A stretch of 63,078 nt of DNA, the filler included, from Octopus bimaculoides (lineage: Eukaryota): assembly GCF_001194135.2 (NCBI RefSeq). It is 6 parts of 6 records of this genome, joined end to end, with 100 filler letters (N's around TTAATTAATTAA, not from the genome) between each part and the next. Parts side by side here need not be neighbours in the genome. Positions count along the whole stretch, not along the records: positions 22,964 to 38,380 come from NC_068992.1; positions 38,481 to 51,440 come from NC_068989.1; 4 more parts are not named here. One strand, given 5' to 3'. The notes beneath the pieces are model-generated. The model made no database searches. It was not told the DNA's origin and saw nothing but the letters and a program-made list of their open reading frames with translations. Numbering within the stretch: position 1 is the first letter of the stretch; each line of letters begins with the position of its first letter. The translations under genes and the position numbers were made by a program. Of this stretch, positions 24,513-38,790 are shown piece after piece.

Positions 24513-24931
24513 ATTTGTATATGTATATATATATATATGTGTGTATATATACATATACATATGTGTGTGTGTGTATTATGTATGAATGTATGTATGTAAG
24601 TATGTATGTACGTATGTTTTTCTGTGCGCCTCTTCTGCGTTGTGTACGTGCATATATTTACCGATGATTAGATAAAGAATTCCATTGTCCCACGATAGTC
24701 TATTGCTTGACAGATTGGTTTTTCATTGTCTTTTTTTCTTCTTTACTTTACGTCATTTTTTATGTTTGACTTTTTCTCTTTTCTCTTTTTTCTCAAAAAT
24801 TTTAGTTAGGCAAACATGAACCAGACAGTGATTGCAGTCCATAGATGTTTGTACATATAAACGTCTTGCATAGAATACGGAGCAACGGAATGATTAAATT
24901 GTATTGAAACAGAGGGCAATATTTTCCGACT

Positions 24932-25145
24932 TAAGGCAGCAAGGTGGCAGAAACGCTAGCACGCTGGGCGAAATGCTTACGGTATTTCGTCTGCCGTTAC
25001 ATTCTGAGTTCAAATTCCGTCTTGGTCGACTTTGCCTTTCATCATTCGGGGTCGATAAATTAAGTACCAGTTACGCACTGGGGTCGATGCAATCGACTTA
25101 ATCCCTTTATTTGTTCTTCTTTATCCCCTCAATGTTTAGCCCCAT
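24932..25145 (+). mobile_element. SINE family A
   Basis: aaggtggcagaaacgctagcacgctgggcgaaatgctta..cattcggggtcgataaattaagtaccag. Confidence 0.8.
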
Positions 25146-25421
25146 CAGAAATGAATTCTTATATTATTCTTAATTTATTGAAAATGTTTCCCCTTTCCTT
25201 TGAAGGTCAAAAACAATGGCTGCTACGCTTATGTCTTTTACAGCAATTAAGAAATAATTTGCAATTAACTTAGATGTTGGATACGAAATTAATACTTCTG
25301 TTCATTATATGTAAATAAGCGCGTGTGTACATATATGTTTATACATGATTGTCTATCTATCTGTCTGTTTCTCTCTCTCTCTCTCTCTCTGTATGTATTA
25401 ATGCATGTATGTAGGTATGTA

Positions 25422-25460
<39 letters not shown>

Positions 25461-25646
25461 ATAAGAGTGAAAAAACTACAGAAGGTTAAAGTATATATTT
25501 AAATTATGTCAGAAAAATGTTAGAAAATCTTTTTTGGTATATAAACATTGTATTTTGAGAAATAACCGGTTTCGTGTTGTCTTTTCAAATTTCTCTACTT
25601 CATTGTAACGTGTTCGCTCCAACCACGTGCTTTCACATACCAACTT

Positions 25647-25714
<68 letters not shown>

Positions 25715-25716
<2 letters not shown>

Positions 25717-25940
25717 ATTAGTGGTTAAGGTGTTGGACTCATGATCATATAATTGTGGTTTCGCTTCCTGGACCGGGCAATTCGTTGTGCTCTTGAGTAA
25801 AACACTTCACGCTGCTCCAGTCTACTCAGCTGGTAGCAATGAGTTAATCCTGCGACGGACCGGCGTCCCGTCCAGGTGAGGAATATATACGCCACTGAAA
25901 CCAGGTAACCTGTCCTCATGAACCTGGCATGGCTCGAGAA
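25715..25940 (+). mobile_element. SINE family C
   Basis: tagtggttaaggtgttggactc..ctccagtctactcagctgg. Confidence 0.72.
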
Positions 25941-27608
25941 GGAAACATTTTTTCTTCATATAGTTATTTTTTCTGAAGGATATTAATCGTTGAATGCATT
26001 TGTGGTTCGTTCAGGTGAATAACAGATATTAAGTTATAGTAATTTATCTTGATTTAGTTATCCATTGTGATGTGAGAATACACTTATTTTAATGCCCTAG
26101 CATAAAACGAAAACATATCCATTGCAAATATAAATTGTATCATAAAACTGTCAGCTCACACAAATTCCCCCCACCTTTGTCTATACAGATGTGTTTCAGA
26201 AAAATGTAGAATAATTACGAGGCTTGTTATTCGGTTCTTCTGGAGTGTCACTATTAAGATATATTATTATATTTCAAGTATAATCGTGTCTAGATTTATA
26301 GCTCGTCGTAATTATTGCATCATAAATTGAAATGTGATAAATTATAAATATTTATTTGAAATGTCAGGGGATTGTCAGAGGGTATTAAATTGTTAGATAA
26401 ATTCGTTCGTTCTTTTATTTTTCCATTCATTTTAATCTTTTTCAATGTTATTTGAATTAACACGAAAAATGTTTTTATTCTAGTGTTTAGTGATTCTCTG
26501 AAGCTGTATTCTGTCTCTAAATCTTTTGTTTATTGTTTTTTTTTTTACAAATTTTAAAATATTTTACCTCTTTTCGATCATATTACAATGAAATACAAAG
26601 TTAAAAAAAAAAAAGGATAACGAACGAATTTATCTGACAAAACCGATATTTCTATAAAAAGAAAACCGCCGATTCTTGTAAAATGCTGCGTAGTGACTGT
26701 ATATAATATGCTGGAATTCCTAATAATCTTTAGTCGCCGGTTAAAGATTGAAATGACTCACACATTGTTTTCTGAATATATATTGCGCCATGAAAGAATA
26801 AAATTGTCAGAAATTTATTTCTTTTGATTAAAACGCATCGTCGAAAAAAAGTATTCATCCGTATCGATATGGTTTCGATTTGGAACAATAAGATGGGAAA
26901 GAAAACAAGTTTCACTAAATCATCAAAACCGGATGTCGTAATATTCATGAGATTGATTTCGCTCCATATGCATTGATAGATATTTACTGAAATTCATTGA
27001 TACATCAGAGACCTATTATCCAGCTATTATGTGTACGACATCAATACTTCTGTCCCTATTATGATAGCACTTTACATATATCATTATTATTCGTTTAATT
27101 TATCCATACGTTCAAATCATTTAGTCATTCTAAATAATTTTAATGGAAATGTTGCCTTTCGAGTATGGCACTAGTTGGAGACAACGAAGAGATTCATTCA
27201 TATGTAAATATATCCTATTATCTCCCAGAATTTAAAATCCACACCAATGGCGCATACATTTCCACAGTATACGTATCGTCGGAGCATACAGTGAATACAG
27301 ACAGAAATATACACACATACACAATCATATAAAATGTATTTTTTCTTGTGTACATGAATCTGTGCGGCTGAGTGGGCCAATGAAGTGTACTAAGCATAAA
27401 TATCTGACTTTTTATTAGTAAAAATAAATGTGATACATTATTGAAAGGCATTGATTGGCTGTTTCTTTCAATGTATTACCGTTTTAAATATAAATATACA
27501 TGACAACAAATAATAATATACATATATCCGTAAGCGTGTTCACATGTATGTGTATATACATACACAGACACACAGGCACAGGGACACAGGCAGACACACA
27601 TGCACACA

Positions 27609-27689
<81 letters not shown>

Positions 27690-27834
27690 GTGTATCTATT
27701 ACCTGTTATGAGCAGTAGACTGCGGCATGCTAGAGTATAAGAGCGAAATATATGTGTGTACATATNNNNNNNNNNNNNNNNNNNNNNNNNNNNNNNNNNN
27801 NNNNNNNNNNNNNNNNNNNNNNNNNNNNNNNATA

Positions 27835-28148
27835 CATATTCTTTTACTTCTTTCTGTCATTTGACTGCGCCCATGCTGGAGCACCGCCTTTAATGAAACA
27901 AATATCGACCTCAGGGCTTACACATTGTAAGCCAAGTACTTATTCTATCAGTCTTATTTCCCGAACCGCTAAGTTACGAGGACGTAAACACACCAACATC
28001 GGCTGTCACACAATAGTGGGAGGATAAACACAGATGCATACCAAATCCACTCGTAAGGCTTTGGTTGGCCTGAAGCTATAGTAAATGTCACTTGTCGAAA
28101 GTCACTCGCAATGGGACTGAACCCGGAGCCTTGTGGTTGAGAAGCAAG
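27835..28148 (-). mobile_element. SINE family B
   Basis: gtcatttgactgcgcccatgctggagcacc..gggactgaacccggagcc..cttaccacacag. Confidence 0.78.
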
Positions 28149-31100
28149 CTTCTTACCACACAGTCACACTGTGTGTTCGTTATGTACTTGTGCAAGTAGA
28201 TATGATTATATATACGTATCGTGTAAAAGGTGTACATTAATTGATGATGTCTTAAGGATCGCACTCCTCAACAATTATAGAACGCTCTTTTATAAATAAT
28301 GCAAAATACAAAGCGTAAGTACAGTGCCATTTTACCGCCGTTTTCTGAATATAATTTCGTACTATATATCTCGCAGAGATTTGAAATTAGATGCAAAGTA
28401 TTTCACGCAGTCAATTGAAACATTTCGTTAAATGACATGAAATGCAATGGTTGACAGCTTCTGAGTATTAGAGTAATTTTAACTTATTTTAGGAAAAGCT
28501 ATTTTAACGAGATCCAGTAGTACTCAAGTTACATTAGTGCCACACAACTTCAATGCAATAAACTCTTCTTCTTGGTGTTTGTAAAGCTGAGCCAGTGTGG
28601 TACTCATGATCCTTACATTCTTTCAAGGGAATAGTATTCTTGTTCTAATTGTTGTTTATCAAATCGCAGCAGTCTCAGAGACCGCTTTATACGAAAGTGA
28701 GAAATTTCTCTTGAAACTTAAATTCATGATTTATACGTTGAAGGTAAGATGTTAAATGTATTCTGTTTGATATCTTTGGAGTCAGATGTTATACCAGTTG
28801 TTATTCAATAGTAATTCTTATTTCATCTTTCAGAGAGATCGGAACAGTGAGAAATAGAACATTTGTTGTTATTTCGCTGACAAGTAATACACTTGTAACT
28901 TTCCACCCCACATTTCATTCTCTGGCTTTGTGACCTCCATAGCTTTGGTTTCAAGTAGGGGATACCAATGCGACAACCGTTCAACCAGCTCGAGGAAATC
29001 GCTATGGGGACTATCACCTGTCTGATTAAAGTTAACACAGAATGTTCACTCACTTCTCTCATCCAAAAATATAATAAAGTAAATTATAATATTGTAGTCC
29101 AGTCAGATTCTGCTCCTAGGGTTTGTGTATGCACAAAGAATTCCACAAATCCTGTGACTGAATATTTCATCAAAAATCTTCATCTCTCAATGGTATATAA
29201 ATATATTTATGCTGGTTACTACGTTCATTTTCAAGAATTCCGTCACATTGTTTCCTCAATTTTGTTTGGTCTGTAGTAGACCAAGCGTTCTATATTGTCA
29301 ACACCAATGCATTAAGCTACTTTTCTCGAAAGTATCAAAACGGTAGAGAAAGTATGGCTTGTCCCTTGATACACCACATCTAGACAATCTCTTTCAGATA
29401 TTTCGTCATATTTGTTCTTGTGTTTAAAGACGTTGTCTAGAAAAGATTTTCGCTCAGTATACACGAAAACATTTTCAAATACATAATCAAAATTCCCTTC
29501 ACTTCTTCATATGACATTTCTTATATTAAATCTATCCATGCGTCATTGATGTGCTGGATTAATCGATTGAAATCGATACTATTCTATTACCCCAACGTGT
29601 GATTTGTTTGAGCTCTATAAATTTTCATGTACAAGAGTATTCGTCTGAGATTTACGCGAAACCATTTTGTTATCGCTTTGACTGCGAGAAAATGGTTTCG
29701 ATTCTGATGATATTCATCTCAATCATTTGATGGGAAGTAAGGTAGAAAGCTCAAACCCAATAACGGTTTCTTTTATTTGTCTGTTGATTTTCACCTTCAT
29801 ATTTTCCTTTACTTTTCGCTTTTCTATTGTGCATTAGACTCCATCTTATGCACTGGACTGATATGATTGTCATATATTTAAGAAATTAGGACCGTTTGCA
29901 TGAAAAGCGGCCAATATAAAGAGTTGGCCAAAAGTGATGATAATGTTCTTTTTAATTCTCCATCGTCAGTGTAATTCCAAGCACACAAATTACAACTATT
30001 TTCGTCGCAAGCTCGTGTTGAACTCCATTGAATTGTCAGGTATCACACAAGTACGCTTGCATAAGGGACAGATTCAATATAGAAATTTATTAAACTGTAC
30101 GTTGAATTTAATAATTCGACTTACATTTTGGCCATCCTAATAGCAGCGGAAGGAAGTTTTTTTTTTCCGATCTGATTGGCAAAGTAAAGCAATACGAATT
30201 TTACAACGAAAGGTTTGAGAATATGTGTTCCAGCCTGAACAGAATTCGGACGTGGAATATTTCACATTTTAATTTACAAAATTAATCAAGATAAAGATTT
30301 AATAATGTAATAGAACATGTTTGATTCAAAAATGTGATAGAATATGCTTTGTATTGCAAAGAGAAGTGTTATCAAATTGCCTTGAGGGAAAGAGAAAGAA
30401 AGAGAGCAATCCTGTGATTCGTTCGACTTCAAATTACATTCTATGGAGCGTAGCGAAGTAAGACGCGTTCAATATTGTGGAAAATAACTTTAAAATAATA
30501 CCTTTTAGTCAAGGTTTAATTTCAGTGTAAACATTTGTACTAGTAGATAATGGTACATTAGTACAATACGAAGTTAAGATATCCGTTTCCAAACAGATAG
30601 AAACAGACATCTTCAAATCGTTCTTCATTCAACATTTTCCAATTTCAAACATTCTTTAATTTTCTTTCTTAAAAAATACATTTTCCCCTCAAGCCATGAA
30701 AACTCAATTTTCTGCGGAATTAATTCTGAATATTTTGAGAATGCATACTCTTTCCTTTGAGTGTCATTAAATATACCACAAGAATTGTGTTTCTGTTATA
30801 AAAAAAAAATGAATTCATTAATTTTTCTTGCTTTTTTATTGTCTTTCGTTTTGGACATATAATCCAATACGTAACAACGTACTCGAATTATCTAATTTCA
30901 TGCTATGGTACTACTGTTTGTATATATTTAAATATATAATCTATTATTCTGTATCCACATATAAGTGTTTTCCCTATTGATTTTGTTATTACTATATGTT
31001 TTTGTAAAAATGAATTCATTGTGATTTTTTCCACTTCATTTTGTCGTGTTCCTAAAACTGTTTGTGTTTACACTAACTATTTATTCATCTAGTAGCCGGT

Positions 31101-31167
31101 GCAATCTGCACCAATTGTAAGAATACACTTTTATACATGTGTTTATTTGTATTTGTGGTTGTATTGA

Positions 31168-31209
<42 letters not shown>

Positions 31210-33061
31210 TCAGTAAATAGTGGGGTTGTGTTAACCGCACGTGGAGAAATAATAGGAAAATGAAAAAAAGCCAGAATGCTGNNNNNNNNNNNNNNNNNNN
31301 NNNNNNNNNNNNNNNNNNNNNNNNNNNNNNNNNNNNNNNNNNNNNNNNNNNNNNNNNNNNNNNNNNNNNNNNNNNNNNNNNNNNNNNNNNNNNNNNNNNN
31401 NNNNNNNNNNNNNNNNNNNNNNNNNNNNATATATATATATATATATATACATATAAGCATATGTGTATATATATGTATATATATGTATATGTGTATATGC
31501 ATGTATATATATATGTATATGTCTGTACATATGTATATGTATATATGATGGATTACCTTGTCGTGAACGACAAACAAGTGTTCAGGGAAATAAAACGTTA
31601 ATCATGTTCTATGGACACGAATGTGTCTCTTAAGGCCTACAGGCGCCTTGCAAACCTTCTGGTGAATGGAACAAGTTAAGACGTCAGTTTGCTTGAGTGC
31701 TTGTGGACCATTTACTACGTGTTCTGTTTAGTAGACGGCAAGGCCTGCATTGCTCCATGCCACAAAACCACAATGGCAGGTAAGGTTTCCACTTAGAGGA
31801 AAACATAATTTGTAAAAACACAGTTTTCGAACGCAACAGGATGATACAAAAAAATCACAAAGGAAAAAATCACAAAGCATATACTAATGACAAAATAGAT
31901 AGGATAAACATCTATAGGTGGATACTGAATAATGTATTATTGTGTGTGTGTGTGGGTGTGTGTGTGTGTGTGTGTGTGCCAGTAACTGATGAAATGAATA
32001 TATATGTAAACCCACACACACATTTACATATACATACATGTATATATATATATATTTGAACAATGAGTAGAGATGGCTTTTTTGAGGGGCTTGTAGAAGA
32101 GATGTGTGCATAGGTGTATATATGTATCTGTGTATGTGTGTGCATGCATGTGTGTATGTACATTATTATTAAGATTGAAATAAAAATTATATATATAACA
32201 TTCTAGGCACATTATTTAACCATAGTTAACATTGACAGATCAAGAGCGTAGTTATTTTATCGATACATTATAAAAGTGGAAACTATTGCAAACGAGAGAT
32301 ACCAAATGTCTCAGAAAAACCGTCATAATCTTCAAATTGCGAACTTTCTTTATGAATATGTGGTAGACACATATTGCAGAAGAATTAGTTGACTTGCCAT
32401 CGATTTCTCATAGAATCTCGTTATAAATTCTTATTTTATTTCTAATGTGATCTCGTTCAAATTTCTAGCAGATCGTAATTACAGCAGAGAAAATTGAAAT
32501 CTGATATATGATAAACATATCTGATAAATGTCGGATATTTCTTGGAGCAGCTGCTTTATATGTATGAAAACGTTGCGTAACTTCTGTATGGAAACATTAT
32601 CTGACACATTGGGAATGTACTACAGTCATAACCAACAATAATCTGCAGTTATCGTTGGAAATGACTTAAAGACTGTTGTATGTTATAATACGGCGTTTAA
32701 GTACGAGTTGTCACACATATGTGAAAACTATTTCTTTTGAATAAAACACTTCGTTAGAAAGAAATATATAACATCTGCGTAGATATTTTGTATTGAAGCG
32801 AATAGCGCAGTATCGAAAGTAACTTTTAATCAACAAAATCCAAAGTATTTATCTTCACAAATTTGGGTGTCATTCTGTAGACATCCAAACACTTCTAGAA
32901 GGTTCATCCGTTAAAAAGGTTGGTTCTAGTTTTACTATAAGCTTTGAGAATGGCTAAAATATATTACACACACACATCCATACACACAGACACAAACACA
33001 CACATGTATATGTATTTTGCATATAACATGTAAGCATCTTTATGTATGTATGTAATTTGAA

Positions 33062-33355
33062 ATGCAGGTACGACTCATTTTTGCCAGCTGAGTGGACTGG
33101 AACAACGAGAAATAAAGTGACTTGCTCAAGGACACGACGCGTCCTCTGAAATTGAACTCACAATCGTATGGCTTATGATCGTAAAGTCGTGAGTTCAATT
33201 CCCAGCGACGCGTTGTGTCGTTGAGCAAGTAATTTTATTGCATGTTGCTCTAGTCTATTCAGCTGACAAAATGAGTAGTACCTGTATGTCAAAAGGGTTA
33301 ACCTTATCACACACTGTGTCACGCTGAATCTTCCTGAGAACTACGTTAAGGATAC
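33062..33355. mobile_element. Head-to-head inverted pair of SINE family C
   Basis: 33065-33162 is the diverged reverse complement of 33189-33285. Confidence 0.78.
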
Positions 33356-34054
33356 ACCCACACATACATGTATGTGTGGGTGTATGTTTGCGTCTATGTG
33401 CGTGTGTGAGCGTTCATGTAAGATTGTAGGAACAACAGGGCTATATAATAAATAATTTCAAATGAGGAATCAATACCGTTTGAGAAATACAACATTATAC
33501 CGCATGTTTTCTTGCAGGGAGAAATTCAATCACAAAACAACTACCCCTTCAAACGGTGACAACACAGGCGTTGCCTCAGTATGGACACAACCTTTGGGCT
33601 GAAACGTATAAAAGAACAAGGACATATATATGTATATATGCACGCCGGAATATCTTAGACTTTAGAATTCCATCTAATTATCAGCTATAGACTAGGCACA
33701 ATTTTCCTCATGTAAGAATTTATATGGTTGCATTTAGTCAGATTTGTCAAAATAACGATTTGCTCTAGGGATCTAGTGAACAATATTTGAGAAAACATTG
33801 CTGTCTTTAAGAGATCTGAGCGCTCGATTTACTTCCTTATTTTTCTACATTTTCCCCTGAGCACAAAATTCAATTTTCTCTGAAATAAAGTTGTATTTCC
33901 TTCAACTCATTTTCCCTATTTTTCGCAAAAATCTATTACCTCTCTAGCTTTCATTTTTCCCCTTCCAAATGACATGTAAATTATAATTCATTGCATTTCT
34001 ACATCTATACTTTCACAAATATACACACTGATACCCACCGGCACGCACACATTC

Positions 34055-34121
<67 letters not shown>

Positions 34122-34150
34122 CTCTGTCTTCCTCTCTCACTCTCTCCCAC

Positions 34151-34186
<36 letters not shown>

Positions 34187-34265
34187 AGACACACGTTTAT
34201 GAGTATAAGTAAATATTATATATATATATATATGATATTATATATAAATAAATAGTTAAATATGA

Positions 34266-34301
<36 letters not shown>

Positions 34302-34416
34302 TTAATATAGACAGCCATGTGCAATGTTTTAACAGAATGGAAAATTATGATTGTCACTGAATATGACTAGGGTGTTAGAAATCCTTCATTGCTAAAATTA
34401 AGAGTTAAACAGCTTT

Positions 34417-34690
34417 TACAGTTCTTTATTTATGAGATAAAGAATTATGTACAGTATTTACATTTGAAAGATATTTGTCGTCAACTTGCTTTTGTCAACA
34501 CAACATTTCGGCTTATGTACCCTCCAGCCTTCATCAGGTGTCTTGGGGAAATTTCGAACCTGGGTTCTCATTTCTACGGTATTTTTCGATGTTATTATAA
34601 TAATAATAATAATAATTATTATTATTATGGTTGTTGTTGTTCAGGTCACTGCCTGGAATCGAACTCGGAATCTTGAAGTTAGTAGCCCAG
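34417..34690 (-). mobile_element. Same hammerhead-containing SINE-like element, copy 2
   Basis: The reverse complement is colinear with copy 1: gggctactaac..gagttcgattcc head, (TAA)n, gaacccaggttcgaaatttccccaagacacctgatgaaggctgg.., and the full tail ..tctcataaataaagaactgta. Confidence 0.85.
34497..34542 (-). ncRNA. Minimal type I hammerhead motif (copy 2)
   Basis: rc GACAC-CTGATGA-A-GGCT(ggagggtacata)AGCC-GAAA-TG-TT-GTGTT. Core intact; helix III has a CpG-type C to T change. Confidence 0.68.
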
Positions 34691-34983
34691 CTGTAATGCT
34701 GTAGTTGAAGCGCACAATTGTATATATATGTACTGGATGCGGTCGAGAATTCCCTATACTGATAGGCCGGTTTTGGCTGATTCCGTAGCCTCATCAGTAC
34801 GGACCGCTTGACTGGCACAATCCGGATTTGTTTCCCTGGTAGTTCATATGTATTCACCATAAAATTCTACAGATGATTTAGCGAATCCCTAGTGTATATA
34901 CCATAACTTAATCTAGATGGCAATGTTTTACCAAAAAGGAAAACTATAATATATATATNNNNNNNNNNNNNNNNNNNNNNNNN

Positions 34984-35018
<35 letters not shown>

Positions 35019-36075
35019 ATACACACATACACACATATGCATAAAAAGGAAAACACACACACACACACACACATACATATCAACGTTTTCTAAATATTTT
35101 AACACTTTCATTACTGAGTGGGAAAAACATCAAACTTTCATGACGTCTCAGTTGATTTGTTTCTACCAATTCAACGAAAATCTCAACTCATTCACAAAAA
35201 TTCCAATCAACTAAAATCAATTATAAGTAATCTTGTAAAGAACATTTCTCTTAGAATATCGAAACTTTCGTCTAAAGTAGATGTATTTAATAATAACTCA
35301 GAATGTTTGTGCGACGCTCTTTTGAAAGTAGTTTTGAGAATAAGATTCAATTTATTTCTTCCTCTAATATAAACATCTCTGATTTTAAAGTAAGTATTGC
35401 GCATAAGCTAACAATGCATGTATAAATTATATGATTCTTTTTCTAAGGCATATATGCATAGGGAATAAACGCAGTAATTTCAATGCTAATATAATCCCGA
35501 ATAGGACTAGCAACTGTAGAAACGGTTCCGAGAATAATAAAAGCCTTCATACGCTTTGAGACAAAGCAAGCGGAATAATTTGACTAAACTAATTAGCAAA
35601 ATCGCCAACTTATTAAACTTGAGTGTGAATGACTAAGCAAACAGAAAGGTAAAAATTATAATAATATCAAGGAGAATTTAAATTCTAGAAATAACAGTTA
35701 TTGCACCCGTCATACAAATTCCAAATCTAACCGAAGAGGTAGGATATGAAATACTACAAACAATTCTAACAAATGTATTTCCAAATTCTCAAACTTCATA
35801 CCGTAGGAAAATTCATTAAGGAGTGATAATGTACCTGTCTTCATGACTATTATCACTCGTGAAAAAGTAGGAAATGCTAAAACGAGAACAAGAAATTGAT
35901 GTGGTTTAACGTGTGATATAGAAAGACTGTGAACAAAAACATGCCAACAGTTTTATTTTATACATAAGGCAGAACATTTCCATTATACAACAGGTATCAA
36001 TACATTTTGAACATCTATCAGGATAAATTATCTTCTCACTATCTCTGTCTCTGTCTATCTGTCTGTCTGTCTCTC

Positions 36076-36111
<36 letters not shown>

Positions 36112-36158
36112 NNNNNNNNNNNNNNNNNNNNNNNNNNNNNNNNNNNNNNNNNNNNNNN

Positions 36159-36200
<42 letters not shown>

Positions 36201-37626
36201 ATATATTATTTCTGAATCTTCAAATTTTTCAATATACTAGGTCACTGGTTTTTAAATTGATATTGATCAAATTAATATTCAATTTTTCACACTTATTATT
36301 TATATATCATTCCGAACAGGACTAGCAACAGTAGTAACGGTTCTGACAATAATAAAAGCCCTCATACGCCTAGAGACAAAGAATTTCGCTGAAGAGATTT
36401 TTTCCGATGTGGTAGAGAAAAAAATGTATAATAAAAGAAGGAAAATGAAGACAATTCTTCTTGAAGGATCGAATATTATAGTCAACCGATTCCGTGTTTC
36501 GTTAATCATAACACTGAAAATGGTGAAAATAATGCAATTTTGATTCTGTAAATATTTTAACTCATGGACGCATAACCAACACGGTACATATTTTATATCA
36601 CAACTTTTAACTCACAAGTTTATATAAATGTTCCCTCCCACAAAAATGTTACCCTACAAAATAGCGTATTATCCCGCAAGAAGTGCAAGACATGACATTC
36701 AAGGCATACGTTGCATGATTCACGAGCATGCAACATATGCATTGAAGAAACCCTGAAAATAATCACATCCTGGGGAAAACGTGATACATAGATACTCTGA
36801 GATGGTTATACCATGAAAACATAGGAACAAAATATCATTTATGGAATTTGAAACAAATTATATAACTGAATGAACCAAAACAAATAAACGAACATACCAA
36901 AATTGAAGATGGCTCACACTATAACAACAGAAACAGTGTAAAAGTCACCATAAGAGGGGTGGTATTACTCAATTCGGTCAACACATCCCACTGTATAGCA
37001 GCTGACCACCTGCTGGGTTCAGAATTTATTGAGGAGAGGTACGTCTTAAATGAAGTAGAACAAATATTATTTCTATTTTCAAAAATCAATGAATGTATTT
37101 CAGGCATCGACACCTAGCAACCCATGCTACTCGAGACTGATGATGAGCAATAACTCTGAAACTAGTCTCTGGATGCTAGCTTTTCTGAGTAGATGAGCTT
37201 CTTCGCCACTTTGAAAACATAGGGACATAGGAAATGCGCTAAGTCCAACAGGACACGGTGTTTTCTAGGGCTAAATAACAGTAGCATTCTTCCCTTTTAT
37301 GGGACTGTCACACGAAGTGTATGTTATATTACTGAGTAAATATTTCCATTAGTATATGTTTCAAAACATATACTAATTTAAGCCATGAACTCCCTATAAT
37401 AACAGGGAAAACTTCAAACACTAGTCAGAAGCAAGACAACTGGGACATAAGCCAGGTTTTGCTATTTGAACCTTTTCAAAATCAGTGTAAACTATGAAAC
37501 CGGTTACTGCTTTAAACATATTTATAAAACATATTTTAGCTATTCTCGACATCTATTTTTCCTATATTTCTACCCGTGTCAATAAATTAACTCTGTTTTC
37601 TATCTCTCTCCCGCTCTCTCCCTCTG

Positions 37627-37713
<87 letters not shown>

Positions 37714-38163
37714 ATATATGTATATATGTATGTATGTATGTATGCATATATAATTAAATAATTTTGAACCAGATTAATGTAGATTAGATAATGTCGAGGC
37801 AGACATCAGACATTTGAAAAAATTGTAAATATCTGCTGAAATAACAGGTGAAATATATATAAATATATAAAACACACACACACACACAATCTCTCTCTTT
37901 CTCTCTTTCTCTCTCTCTCTCCCTCTCTCATATACATTATATATACGAAATCTGATCAAAATCTATCGTCACTGGAGCAATAGAAAAAAAAAAGAAACTA
38001 CGACACGTATGTCTTTTCGCTGTAGGATGTGACGGAGAAAAATAATAGATGAGTTTTATTTGAATGAAAGAATAAGATATTTATATATTCCGCTCCACAC
38101 AATGTTAGTCATGACCAGGATGACCCCATGACGGTGATGAGGTTTGTAGTCACAATTTCGATA

Positions 38164-38222
<59 letters not shown>

Positions 38223-38305
38223 GACTGTCTACCTATCTCTCTGTCTATCTATATACCTGTCTGTCTGTCTACCTATCTATTTGTGTATCTCTGTGTATTT
38301 CTATC

Positions 38306-38380
<75 letters not shown>

Positions 38381-38480
38381 NNNNNNNNNNNNNNNNNNNN
38401 NNNNNNNNNNNNNNNNNNNNNNNNTTAATTAATTAANNNNNNNNNNNNNNNNNNNNNNNNNNNNNNNNNNNNNNNNNNNN
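38381..38480. other. Assembly linker
   Basis: Identical 100-nt structure. Confidence 0.93.
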
Positions 38481-38790
38481 GCATGGCTCAGTGGTTAGAG
38501 CGTTGAACTCACGACTGTCAGGTTGGGAGTTCAAATCCTGGACTGGGCTGTGTGTTGTGTTCTTGAGCAAGACACTTTATTTCATGTTGCTCCAGTTCAC
38601 TCAGCTGTAGAAATGAGTTGCGATGTCACAGGTGCCAAGCTGTATCGGCCTTTGCCTTTCCCTTGGATGACATCAGTGGCATGGAGAGGGGAGGCTGGTA
38701 TGTATGAGCAACTGCTGGTCTTCCAGACTTATGCCTTGGAGGGTAACTTTCTAGGTGCAATCCCATGGTCATTCGTGACCGAAGGGGGTC
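38481..38790 (+). mobile_element. SINE family C
   Basis: gcatggctcagtggttagagc..ggagttcaaatcc..ttgctccagttcactcagctg. Confidence 0.78.

Noticed and set aside
36256-37120. 80-100 codon stop-free frames on the plus strand
   Set aside because: Frames of this length are expected by chance across six frames of 63 kb, and they have no convincing start, splice sites or motif.
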